From: a virus
Lineage: Duplodnaviria > Caudoviricetes
Strand: one strand, 5' to 3'
Length of the DNA stretch: 30,780 bases
Virus record (IMG/VR): IMGVR_UViG_3300011338_000680
Location: 1 to 30,780 of that record
Shown piece after piece: positions 8,724-17,534 of the stretch. The notes beneath the pieces are model-generated. The model was not told the origin of the DNA. It worked only from the letters and a program-made list of their open reading frames with translations, and did not search any database. Made by a program: the position numbers and the translations under genes. Each line of letters opens with the position of its first letter. Positions within the stretch are counted from its first letter, which is position 1.

Positions 8724-10552
8724 TTAGGTGGTAGAGGTTGTTGCTGTTGAATGTCTTGTGGCTTTTCTCCAAACATGTCTCGGTCATAGTCATCAGGAGA
8801 AATACCGGCAGGGGTTTGATTCTCCATAGCTACCTGTTGCTGGTGGGCCTGGAGAAGCCTCTGCGAGTCTGCTTGCTCAGAAATACGGACAAACGGTTGC
8901 ACAATTTCGTAGTCCTGGAGCTCAAGAAGGTCTTCAAATACCTTGGCCATTTTGATACCAGAGAAGTGAACCTTCACTTGGGGATCTTGGCCTACTGCTG
9001 AGTTGAAGAAGTTGTTGAGGTTCTGAACCCGTTCTGCCTTCTCAGCAAAATGTCTAGCTGCAATAGGACGAATACGGCCAGTACCAGTAATGTCATCTGG
9101 GGAGAGTGTCTGAAAGATCTCCGTCTTGTATTCATCATCAATAAAGCGAATGGATGCTTGCGACATATTGCGACGTGCAAGCTCTAGCATCGCATTGAGA
9201 AGGGGTTCTAGAATGAACTCTTCAAACTGAGCAATCTTGTTAGCAAAGATACGAGAAGCTGCGTTCTCTAGCCTCTGAACCTCGTAGGCCGTCTTTTCCC
9301 CAGGGGTACGGAATCCCATAGCCTCCTTAGGGGAACCAGCCATTTCCTCCATACGCTTCTCAAGCACCTCGCTTTCCCTGTTTGCCTGGAGGGCTTCAAC
9401 AGCTGGACTGAGAATGGAAACGTCTCCATCATCTCCCACAAAGATTCTTTCAAAGGGACCCCACTTGAAGTCTTCCACATACCCTTTGATTTTGAGGGGA
9501 GGGAAGGCAGTTAAATCAAAGACGTCAGCTTTGAGGTTCTCAACGTGGTCAATGCGGTACTGCATACCAACCAAGTTATCGAGAGGACCCATCGCCCAGA
9601 GGTTATCTTGGCGAGGTCTCCAACCACAATGGTAGATTGGAGGATGGCCAAAGAATGAGGGATTAGGGCCTTTATAGATGACCTTATGCCGGTCAGCGAC
9701 TACAACAACATAATTGCGAAGGAACTCGTCCTTTTCATCGTCATAGATGTCACCGTAGAAGGTGAGCAACTCACAATAGTCAGAAGTCAGGTATGCCCAG
9801 TAGGAGGTGAAACCATCCACACGATAGGCGTCGTTCTTGTTCTTGTCTGGCCCACCAGTGAAGTTAGCCGCATGGTTGCGGATGTTCTTCATGTACTGCC
9901 AGAGCTCTTCGTACTGGGGACGGGTATCGTCTGTAGAGAAACGCTCAAGCAGCTCTTTGACTTCACCCTTGGTGACAAGGGAACGAATGATCTTAGGAGT
10001 CTGGGTGTAGTCTGAACCAGTAGGGTTCATGACGGTATCCAGAGCTGAGATACGCCTTGGGACCGGTCCTACATAACCAACTTTGGTCTTGCCATCCTCT
10101 AGGAGCTGAGTTTCGTCTTTCCATTCTGCGGTGACAAAACAGTTGCCCATATCGATGTAGTCAAGAACTAGTTTTGCAATTTCCTTTTTGAACTGGTCCT
10201 GATCAATTACCCAGGACATATAATTAATGATGGCTTCCTTTTTATCAAGAGAAGCTTCATTACCTCCTTCCCACACAAGCCACTTGCGCTTGGGAAAAAG
10301 GGATGCCATATAGTTTGCGTAAAGGTTGTCTCGAATCTGACACAGCTTGGGAACAGTTGTAGTGTTCTTCCAAGGTAGAGTTGAATTAGTTGTCTTACGG
10401 GTATCAGTTGCATAGATGTACTGACTGAGTTCTTCCCACTGTCTCAACTTTTCTTGGCGATAAATATCCCATTGAATGTAATACTGGGAAATCTTAACAC
10501 CAAGGGTATCTTCGGAGATAACCTTAGTAAGGTCTAATACACGACCAACCAT
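8720..10552 (-). CDS. Portal protein
   Basis: 610 aa between TerL and scaffold. Motifs LPWKN.TT.PKLCQIRDNL.ANY, WAMGPLDNLVGMQYRIDH.ENLKAD and MGFRTPGEKTAYEV. Confidence 0.9.
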   Translation of the reverse strand: MVGRVLDLTKVISEDTLGVKISQYYIQWDIYRQEKLRQWEELSQYIYATDTRKTTNSTLPWKNTTTVPKLCQIRDNLYANYMASLFPKRKWLVWEGGNEASLDKKEAIINYMSWVIDQDQFKKEIAKLVLDYIDMGNCFVTAEWKDETQLLEDGKTKVGYVGPVPRRISALDTVMNPTGSDYTQTPKIIRSLVTKGEVKELLERFSTDDTRPQYEELWQYMKNIRNHAANFTGGPDKNKNDAYRVDGFTSYWAYLTSDYCELLTFYGDIYDDEKDEFLRNYVVVVADRHKVIYKGPNPSFFGHPPIYHCGWRPRQDNLWAMGPLDNLVGMQYRIDHVENLKADVFDLTAFPPLKIKGYVEDFKWGPFERIFVGDDGDVSILSPAVEALQANRESEVLEKRMEEMAGSPKEAMGFRTPGEKTAYEVQRLENAASRIFANKIAQFEEFILEPLLNAMLELARRNMSQASIRFIDDEYKTEIFQTLSPDDITGTGRIRPIAARHFAEKAERVQNLNNFFNSAVGQDPQVKVHFSGIKMAKVFEDLLELQDYEIVQPFVRISEQADSQRLLQAHQQQVAMENQTPAGISPDDYDRDMFGEKPQDIQQQQPLPPK

Positions 10553-10767
10553 TAGCGAATATTATCTTCCTGGTCAGAGCCAAAAGTTGTGGCTACAGCT
10601 TGTTCTGGGGACACGCCAATGGCTCTACCCCGAGGATTAATTGTAAAAGACCGCCCTTCACCCATTGCGCCGATCGGACTAGTTGCGGCTATTAGAGTGT
10701 TAGGATTAGGATCGTTCTTTGTGTAGTCCGAAAGATTGCCTGAGCTAGGATGAGTCTTCTTAGTCAT
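10552..10767 (-). CDS. Small hypothetical protein, paralogue of 10760..10975
   Basis: 71 aa, coupled to portal. Shares THPSS and FTI.P..RA.GVS.E.A...T with its neighbour. Confidence 0.7.
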   Translation of the reverse strand: MTKKTHPSSGNLSDYTKNDPNPNTLIAATSPIGAMGEGRSFTINPRGRAIGVSPEQAVATTFGSDQEDNIR

Positions 10768-10975
10768 CTCGCTCGTAAGTTTTCTTTATAGCCTCTTCAG
10801 CAGAGACACCAGTAGCTCTATGGTAGGGTTCAATGGTGAACGTTCCTACAGAATAACCGTCTTTATCTGGGGTTGTTGTACCCTGACGATCTCCAGGAGT
10901 CCTGGAAGAGGGATGCGTGGGAAGATCTGCATGATCATACTGACCACCACTAGAACCTTTAATACCTTTTGCCAT
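10760..10975 (-). CDS. Small hypothetical protein, paralogue of 10552..10767
   Basis: 71 aa, starts just after the TerL stop, same shared motifs. Confidence 0.7.
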   Translation of the reverse strand: MAKGIKGSSGGQYDHADLPTHPSSRTPGDRQGTTTPDKDGYSVGTFTIEPYHRATGVSAEEAIKKTYERDD

Positions 10976-10978
10976 GTG

Positions 10979-12535
10979 TTAGGCTACGCCTCCGAATCTC
11001 TGGTTTGTGTTGAATGGAAGAATGTTGGAGGCTCCTCTAAGGGCTACTCCAGAAGGGGCTACGCAAGAGTCAATACAAGAAGCCAAGCAGTCCTTGACGT
11101 CATCATGAGCAGGATTGGTTAGAACTAGTTCTTCTTCAAGGATCTGGCAGTTACCTCCTTGATAATGCCAGACCTGTCGATTGTTGTATCGAGGTTGAAG
11201 AATGGCTTCAATACGCTCTTCTTTAGAACCTTGGTGTCGATTTGGTTTGAAGTCCTCAACTGATAGAGCAAGACCATGAGGACGTATATAGTTCTGTTTA
11301 AGGTCATTAACGATCACTTGCTGTGCTGTAGTGACCTCAGCTCGGATTTTCCTGAAGTCCCACTTCTGGTGAAGTTTTAGGATCTTGGTAAAATAATCTG
11401 AAATCTTATCTGTTTTGAAACGTTCTATATCAAGAACATAGTAGTTGAAGTCTGCGTCAACTCCCACCACGACAATGGCTGTGTAGTCAGCTTTCCTACG
11501 TAACGAAAAAGCAAAGTCCACAGCTGCAAAGACATTTAACCGCTTGTGCTTAAAGAACCAACGTCCATCCACTCGATGAAGAAACTTTTGGTCGTAATAC
11601 TGAAAGAGATCACGGGAAATAGCAGCAGACTCGGAATCATTTGGATCATTGTAGTACTGTGCTCTAAACTGGACCCTATCTAGATACTGTGCTCGCTTTT
11701 TAGCTAGAATTTTAGCATCAAAACCAAACCACTTACCGTCATAACGCTGTTGTCGTGGCCAAAGGAACTGACCAGTTCCATCACCAATGTCCTCAACTTG
11801 CCGCTCAAGGACTTCATATAAGGGTTCAGAATCAACGATTTCTCCTTCATCATCATAGATATCGACGGCCATAGAAGACAGATCGTTATAGAGATCCTTC
11901 GGGTGGTACCTGGTGCCAACCACCCACTCTTCAGCATCAGAGCCTTCAATCGAAGAAAGTAGAGAGTACTGACTCTTTACCTTATCTCGTCCGTCTTCTG
12001 TATAAGCATTTTCGTAAACAACAACATCATCTAGTACGGCAATATCACAGTGCATACCTGTGATCGTGGTTGTAAGTCCAGCAGAGAAAACAGTTGGATC
12101 TCGGACTGCCTCAGCTTTACGGAGTGGGTGGTCTACAGCGAATTCGCTCTCAGTCCACTTCTCCCTCATTCCCTCCATTTGGTTGACCATGTTTGGCCAG
12201 TAGAAGGTGTAAATATCTGAGGTAAGGATATCTTTAATAAACTTAAGTTGTTTTTGAGCCAGGTTAGCAGTAGACGAGATATAAAGAACACGTATCGCTG
12301 GGTTACGAGTTATCTCCCAAGCAACACGATAAGCCACTAGAGCTGACTTCCCGTGATCACGAGGAAGGAGAAGGAGCTGGTGACTTTTAGCATTTCCTCT
12401 AGTCCACCAATTTATAACTTCAGAATGAACTGACCCAAGGACACGTTGGGGGTGAACAAGTCTGATAAAACTCTCTAGGTCAGTTTCGGCTTGCTCTCGG
12501 ATTTGGTCTTTCTTTGAGCGATTAGGATTTGCCAT
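10979..12535 (-). CDS. terL: Terminase large subunit
   Basis: Walker A LPRDHGKS, Walker B IAVLDD, coupling motif VVGTRY, nuclease acidic motifs AVDFAF and HDDVKDC. Confidence 0.95.
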   Translation of the reverse strand: MANPNRSKKDQIREQAETDLESFIRLVHPQRVLGSVHSEVINWWTRGNAKSHQLLLLPRDHGKSALVAYRVAWEITRNPAIRVLYISSTANLAQKQLKFIKDILTSDIYTFYWPNMVNQMEGMREKWTESEFAVDHPLRKAEAVRDPTVFSAGLTTTITGMHCDIAVLDDVVVYENAYTEDGRDKVKSQYSLLSSIEGSDAEEWVVGTRYHPKDLYNDLSSMAVDIYDDEGEIVDSEPLYEVLERQVEDIGDGTGQFLWPRQQRYDGKWFGFDAKILAKKRAQYLDRVQFRAQYYNDPNDSESAAISRDLFQYYDQKFLHRVDGRWFFKHKRLNVFAAVDFAFSLRRKADYTAIVVVGVDADFNYYVLDIERFKTDKISDYFTKILKLHQKWDFRKIRAEVTTAQQVIVNDLKQNYIRPHGLALSVEDFKPNRHQGSKEERIEAILQPRYNNRQVWHYQGGNCQILEEELVLTNPAHDDVKDCLASCIDSCVAPSGVALRGASNILPFNTNQRFGGVA

Positions 12536-12541
12536 AAGTCA

Positions 12542-12766
12542 CTAGTGGTGAAATAGGTTATAGAAAGCGTTGGTTACATCTTTAAAGAAGGCGGTGATTC
12601 CCGCAACAACACCAAAGAAAAGCCAGATGAACTTTCGCCCAGCCTTTTGCTCGGCAATAAATTCCAATATTGGTTTTTGGTTCTCTTTTAGTTCCTTTAG
12701 GTCTTCTTTGATTGAGGCGTTATCGGCTTTTAGAGAGGCGATAGTTTCAAGTGTTCTTTCGTCCAT
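12542..12766 (-). CDS. Small coiled-coil protein with a C-terminal TM helix (holin/antiholin-like)
   Basis: N-terminal coiled coil then FIWLFFGVVAGITAFF. Confidence 0.55.
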   Translation of the reverse strand: MDERTLETIASLKADNASIKEDLKELKENQKPILEFIAEQKAGRKFIWLFFGVVAGITAFFKDVTNAFYNLFHH

Positions 12767-12779
12767 TCTTCTATTCTTA

Positions 12780-13961
12780 CTACGACACGTTCAAGAACGG
12801 CTGCAAAAGAATCAAAGTAGGGCTGACAACATGGTATTTCCAAATATCAATAGCATTAGCCGTAGTTGTACCCGTCTTAGCGACACCATTCGCAGTCTTA
12901 AAGTAGCTACCCCAAGCAAGTGTTCTAGTACCAGTAGCATCCTGTTGAATACGGATCACACCCGTTTGACCAACCTTTATATTGGTAGGGTTAGCTATAG
13001 TGACGTTACCAGTAAGGGTGACACCAAAGTTAATACCAGTGTTAAAGTCAGGTGTAACAGTCGCAGAATACGTGAGGACGGTTTCAACCATAGCTCCCCA
13101 GTACTGGTCTACCTGTACAGCAGTATTAGCTAGGTTTGCCTGAAACTGAGCAGAAGACGCATAATTAAGAAATGGTGCCCACGAGCCACCTGAATGTTTA
13201 AACTGGATTACACCACCGCTGTCTCGTAAACCATACCCGGACGAACCATAGGTTCCACTCCAGTTAAGGTACTGACCAGCGGTAATACCTAAACCACTAG
13301 GGTTGACTCTAGACATCTCAGTGATATCAGAATAAAGGATCAGGTACCCACCAAGTCCATACAAACTGGTGTAATTTAGTGGATAGGCGTCAATAATTGA
13401 CTTAGCGTTTTTAACATCACTAGCTAGAAAATGGTTAGCTGCCGTCTTCGCGAAACGGAATGCATCTACACCAGCATCACGAAATGTAAAACCAGCTCTG
13501 TATCCAGTTCCACCATTTAAATAGAAGTCAGTAGTACCACCAGTATCAATTGTCTGAAGACCTGACCAGGTGTTGGCAGTCGATAAAAGGGTAGAGTACC
13601 TTCCAATAGGAAGAGCACCAGAAGAGATATTGCTAGCGTTAGTTGTATCGGTGGTGGCTGAAGGGGCTAGGCCACTGATCGCTGCTACAGGAATAGACCC
13701 AACACCAGGTGGGGTACCTGAAAAGGTGGAAAGAAGATTGTTTACATCTTGCATCCTTGCTGGCTCAAGCTGGCTAGCTGGGGAGGAAAGATTCAAAATA
13801 CGCTTGTTATTCATATCCAGATTGGCTGTCATCTGGTTAGGAGACACACCATCTCTGGAAACAAGAGTATCTAGAGCACTCTCAATCTGCGTAATGATAC
13901 CGTTAATAGCCGCAGGAGCATTTACAAGAGTGCTGAGACGGTTGAAAGTAAACTTAGTCAA
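12780..13961 (-). CDS. Tail fibre / receptor-binding protein
   Basis: N-terminal anchor-like SRDGVSPNQMTANLDMNNKRILNL..P. G/T/S-rich shaft. C-terminal VTLTGNVTIANPTN...IQQDATGTRTLAWGS domain is common in phage fibres. Confidence 0.8.
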   Translation of the reverse strand: MTKFTFNRLSTLVNAPAAINGIITQIESALDTLVSRDGVSPNQMTANLDMNNKRILNLSSPASQLEPARMQDVNNLLSTFSGTPPGVGSIPVAAISGLAPSATTDTTNASNISSGALPIGRYSTLLSTANTWSGLQTIDTGGTTDFYLNGGTGYRAGFTFRDAGVDAFRFAKTAANHFLASDVKNAKSIIDAYPLNYTSLYGLGGYLILYSDITEMSRVNPSGLGITAGQYLNWSGTYGSSGYGLRDSGGVIQFKHSGGSWAPFLNYASSAQFQANLANTAVQVDQYWGAMVETVLTYSATVTPDFNTGINFGVTLTGNVTIANPTNIKVGQTGVIRIQQDATGTRTLAWGSYFKTANGVAKTGTTTANAIDIWKYHVVSPTLILLQPFLNVS

Positions 13962-13966
13962 TTAGT

Positions 13967-14692
13967 TTATGAACCCTGTCTAAACTGAAACTCTGAAATC
14001 CACGGACTTGAGTTTGTGCTACCAGACACACCAGTTAGAGCATAGTACTTCCAACCAGTAAGATTACCACTTAGGCTAGTCATGACTACTGGAGTAGACG
14101 GATTGGAGAGCGCAAAACTCGATCCAATATCTGTCCAAGTAGACCCATCGTTGGATCCTTGCCACTTCCAAGTACCTAGAGCTGATCCAACACCAAGAAC
14201 GGTATGAAGCTTGGCCTCATCGATATAGGCTGTAGCTCCATTAAAATAGAAAATAAGCTGACGTCCAGCAGCAGCTAGAGCGTTATTAAAGTATACACCG
14301 GTATCGGAGATGTTTCCATTAACCAGTTGGGACAACGTGCCAGTCATAAGACCAGGTGTTGCTGAGACAGTTATCTGTGAAGTACGATCAGTTGTGATGT
14401 AGACGAAGTTAGTTGGAATGTAGGTGAACCCAGAAACTCGCAGAGCTCCGTTGTTCTCTACGTTTGAGGTTACACGAAGAGCCCCATTTTTGGCTACCCT
14501 ACCAACTACTGAACTACCAGTAGCGTCTTCAACGTAGATGGAACCGTCAGGGGCATTAACCCCACAGAAACCAGACCCAGGAGCCAAAGTGTAATACATT
14601 GACCCATCTGGGGCGTACCTACCAACAAAACCAACCCCAGGGGATTGTGTTAGTCGTACCTTTCCGTCTACGTCATAAATTCCAAAAGCCAC
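13967..14692 (-). CDS. Virion accessory protein with a C-terminal discoidin (F5/8 type C)-like domain
   Basis: N-terminal short repeats (GRYAPDGSMY / GVNAPDGSIY / AKNGALRV / ENNGALRV). C-terminal WKWQGSNDGSTWTDI...WKYYAL...ISEFQF pattern. Confidence 0.65.
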   Translation of the reverse strand: MAFGIYDVDGKVRLTQSPGVGFVGRYAPDGSMYYTLAPGSGFCGVNAPDGSIYVEDATGSSVVGRVAKNGALRVTSNVENNGALRVSGFTYIPTNFVYITTDRTSQITVSATPGLMTGTLSQLVNGNISDTGVYFNNALAAAGRQLIFYFNGATAYIDEAKLHTVLGVGSALGTWKWQGSNDGSTWTDIGSSFALSNPSTPVVMTSLSGNLTGWKYYALTGVSGSTNSSPWISEFQFRQGS

Positions 14693-15057
14693 TAGTGTAG
14701 ATTCTCTAGTTTGTAGATTGTCTTTAGGTAAACAGCTGAGAGTTCATCCAGGATGTTCTCTAGGGCTGAAACGTTTTTACAAATCTTGGATCGATTCTTG
14801 TTAATCCACTTGATGTCGTCTTTGAGACGTGAAAGGATGTTCTTTGCAGACTCTTCGTCTTTTTCATCCTCTGGGAGTTTCTTACCAATCAGACCAAAAG
14901 CTGCTTGGTAATCCTCAACCAGGTCGTCTAAAGGTTCAAGGACTGAATCATAAAAGTCATTGAGAGCCATGTGCTCCGCGTAGGAGGTGGTATTCCAATG
15001 GGAGTGGTGTGCTTCGTTTCTGGAACAGAAGACCATAGCCACAAGTTCGGTAATCAA
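14692..15057 (-). CDS. Ferritin/Dps-like four-helix protein (DUF5856-like)
   Basis: AHHSHWNTTSYAEHMALNDFYD...DDLVEDYQ and LENILDEL....KTIYKL match the phage Dps-like pattern. Confidence 0.75.
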   Translation of the reverse strand: MITELVAMVFCSRNEAHHSHWNTTSYAEHMALNDFYDSVLEPLDDLVEDYQAAFGLIGKKLPEDEKDEESAKNILSRLKDDIKWINKNRSKICKNVSALENILDELSAVYLKTIYKLENLH

Positions 15058-15058
15058 T

Positions 15059-15610
15059 TTACTGGAGCCCTTTTAGGTTAAGAATACGATCAAAGTCCCC
15101 AGAGATCCTCTCCTGGGCGCTAGCAAGCTCACTGGCGGCCTTTTTGATGTCTTCCTTGGTAGGTCTACCTCTGCCGTGCTTTTGGCCCTCCTTGGGCTCC
15201 CAGCCCTTCTCCAGGAGGTACCTGTTGGCCATGAAGGATTCTTTGGAGGTGGTCTTGGCTTCGGTTTTGATCCGCTGGAGGGCTTTAGACTTCATTCGGA
15301 GCTCCAGCTCCTTTCTCCATCGTTCGATGTAGGGTTTGAACCAGGAAGTGGCACAGAGCATCTCCCAGTGCTCCCACCCATCTACGTACTTTTGGGATAC
15401 CTCCCATTCCGTAGGATCATCAGTCTCCATATAGAGCCTGTAGAGAGACGGATACTCTCGATAGTCAATGTCTTTGAGCGTATATAAAACACTTGACTTG
15501 TCCGCCAAAGTCTGTTCGTAAAAGAGTCCCTTTAGGAGTCTAGCATTATTAATTTTGTTTCTAAATTTATTAGTAAATTTTGGGCTAGGCCCTAGAAGCA
15601 AAGAAGACAT
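15059..15610 (-). CDS. terS: Terminase small subunit
   Basis: First gene of the late arm. LFYE...LY..Y....DPTE...W.HW..L...WF...I..WR.EL and GRPTK resemble PaP3/cobavirus-type TerS. True start is uncertain. Confidence 0.7.
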   Translation of the reverse strand: MSSLLLGPSPKFTNKFRNKINNARLLKGLFYEQTLADKSSVLYTLKDIDYREYPSLYRLYMETDDPTEWEVSQKYVDGWEHWEMLCATSWFKPYIERWRKELELRMKSKALQRIKTEAKTTSKESFMANRYLLEKGWEPKEGQKHGRGRPTKEDIKKAASELASAQERISGDFDRILNLKGLQ

Positions 15611-15685
15611 GGATGAAATGAAATTACCTAAGGAGATTTCTTAAGATACTTTAAGTTCTAAGAAACCTAAAAACTACTAAATAAA

Positions 15686-15765
15686 AAGGGAGTAACTTAA
15701 GTTTTATCTTATGTTACTCCCTTAGGATACGCTCTTAGTAATTACCTAAGGGAATACCCTTAGGT
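15686..15765. repeat. Two inverted repeats in the late-arm leader
   Basis: AAGGGAGTAAC (15686-15696) / GTTACTCCCTT (15713-15723) and perfect ACCTAAGGG-AATA-CCCTTAGGT (15744-15765). Confidence 0.8.
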
Positions 15766-15774
15766 CTATACCTT

Positions 15775-15803
15775 ATGATATACCCCTTTGAAAGTATTGT
15801 CAA
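15775..15803 (-). promoter_or_regulatory. Sigma70-type promoter facing the structural arm
   Basis: Minus strand reads TTGACA-ATACTTTCAAAGGGGTA(17)-TATCAT, about 165 nt upstream of terS. Confidence 0.75.
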
Positions 15804-15917
15804 GTAGTTTCATAAGATAAAGGGTATTAGAGGAATTTCTGCTAGAAAATCTTGAGGTGAAGTTCACCTAGATACAACTAACTCAACCCCCTCTATACCC
15901 CCTAGAGAGGTTTCTCT

Positions 15918-15947
15918 TTGAAATCACATATAGAAATTTCTTATAGT
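15918..15947 (+). promoter_or_regulatory. Candidate sigma70 promoter facing the early arm
   Basis: TTGAAA-18 nt-TATAGT. Confidence 0.4.
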
Positions 15948-16544
15948 AGTATCTCTTTGGTAGGTAGGACTCTCTTCTCTTGGTGTATTACACCCAAAGA
16001 TACACCTTATTTCCCTATCTCATTGAAATTACTCATGTTACCTCTTATGCAATCTCCCAATAAAGACAACGAAGGATACGCCCTTACACTCTCTATAGTA
16101 AAATACATCCTTTGAAACATACCAAATATTGTATATCTAGAAGTATACCTTATAGGCGAATCCCTTCGCTTACGCTTCGGGAACGGGCTACTCATGAACA
16201 AAGCCTCTTTCAGAGTCTTTGCCCTTCGGGTGAGTATCCCTTTCGCATCCACCGGATAAATTGTTGATAACTACGTAGGCTGATCACCTCACACGCTCCA
16301 AGTGTAGTACGACATCACCGATCTTGCAGACTGCGGATGCATTGGGGTTAGTCATCTCATTACATATCATGGTGGTCTGCCTTTATTGTTGGAGGGTACC
16401 TACGCGTACTCACTCATCAAGTGGTGGGTCCTCGCCATGCTCGCTTCGCTGCGCGTGGCTCCGGTCCCGAGCTTCGCTCGCACTTGATTCGCTCCGTTCG
16501 CTCCGGTCCTTATCCTCCAACGGCAGACACCAACATAGATAAGT

Positions 16545-16756
16545 AAAGAGCTGCCGACTAAGCCCCAGCGATCAGCGGATTCTGCATTGGTGCAGCGGTA
16601 CGCAACCCGGATCGTGTGAGCTGACCAGCCTCTGGCGAAGTGATATTAGCTTCGCTAAGCTTGTTTTAAACTTATAAAATGCTAATGACCTTAGCCCACG
16701 TAAGACGATAGAGATCTAATCCTCTCGGCTGCTTGTCAGTTTGTCTTGGGCTCTTT
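16545..16756 (+). ncRNA. Candidate structured ncRNA (motif copy A)
   Basis: Closed by AAAGAGC/GCTCTTT. Internal stems CGATC/GATCG, CTGCA/TGCAG, GGT/ACC, TTAG/CTAA. Core shared with 18716-18820. Confidence 0.45.
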
Positions 16757-16837
16757 GTTCCTTTTCAAATGGAGAAATCAAATACGCAAAGTACTAAATA
16801 AAAGAAATGTGAGCTATAAAGATCATAGGAGCAAACA

Positions 16838-16969
16838 ATGAACCAAGCCTTGCATTGCTTCCACTACTACGCCCATCATCGAGATTACGCAGCTTATCGT
16901 GATCTCATTCGTCCTATCTTTATCTTCTTCTGGGACAAAGCGTCCTACTACTGGGGAATCAGCCAATGA
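16838..16969 (+). CDS. Small early protein, 43 aa
   Basis: Not in the ORF track. RBS TAGGAG, MNQALHCFHYYAHHRDYAAYRDLIRPIFIFFWDKASYYWGISQ, ATGA-coupled to the next ORF. Confidence 0.6.
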   Translation: MNQALHCFHYYAHHRDYAAYRDLIRPIFIFFWDKASYYWGISQ

Positions 16970-17121
16970 ACACACTCATCCAATACATGGACAGCGAGTT
17001 CCTCATGGGAATGCTCATCGCTGTCTTGGTAATAGGCTACAGCGTAGCTTGTTACCTCCACGGGAAGTCACATCGGCTTCCTATCACCACTCGCCGGAAA
17101 ACACCGCATATCAACATCTAA
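16966..17121 (+). CDS. Small early membrane protein, 51 aa
   Basis: Not in the ORF track. MNTLIQYMDSEFLMGMLIAVLVIGYSVACYLHGKSHRL..., one TM segment and a basic tail. Confidence 0.6.
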   Translation: MNTLIQYMDSEFLMGMLIAVLVIGYSVACYLHGKSHRLPITTRRKTPHINI

Positions 17122-17157
17122 CCCATAAAACTTAATATAACTAACAGGAGACAACTA

Positions 17158-17361
17158 ATGCACACTCAATCACAAGGCTTTAAGCGCATCAACCAATCCC
17201 CCCTTTACAAACTCAACGAACGCATTATCGTGCTTCAAAAATCACTTATGACTCTTTCCAACCTCTACGATCACTCAGAACGCCCTGAAGAGCAACTAGC
17301 TTTGGAGAATGCCATCACATCAATCAAATCAGAAATCTCCCGTCTCACAACGCGCTCGTGA
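17158..17361 (+). CDS. Small early coiled-coil protein
   Basis: RBS AGGAG, ATG, helical heptads. Confidence 0.7.
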   Translation: MHTQSQGFKRINQSPLYKLNERIIVLQKSLMTLSNLYDHSERPEEQLALENAITSIKSEISRLTTRS

Positions 17362-17534
17362 GAAAGCAAGGATCGCTGCCAGCTGCGCGCCTACGGCTGC
17401 TCGCTTCGCTGCCCGCCTCCGGCGGCCTTCGGTCCTTGCTTCTCCCGCCCGGTTGTGAGCCTGGGTTTGGGTAAAGAGAGAAGAATATCTCGATACAACA
17501 GCAACATCAACTGAACATAAAAGGAAATACGAAC

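Noticed and set aside
16458-16476. Twister ribozyme (CCGGTCCCGAGC resembles its L4 region)
   Set aside because: P4 cannot pair and the UAA and GAGGG flanking elements are absent.
15918-16542. ORFs 15918..16115, 16007..16252 and 16324..16542
   Set aside because: Non-ATG starts, no RBS, and sequence dominated by palindromes and repeats.
16899-17135. 78-aa ORF from the track
   Set aside because: Better explained by two ATGA-coupled ORFs in other frames (16838..16969, which has a clear RBS, and 16966..17121).
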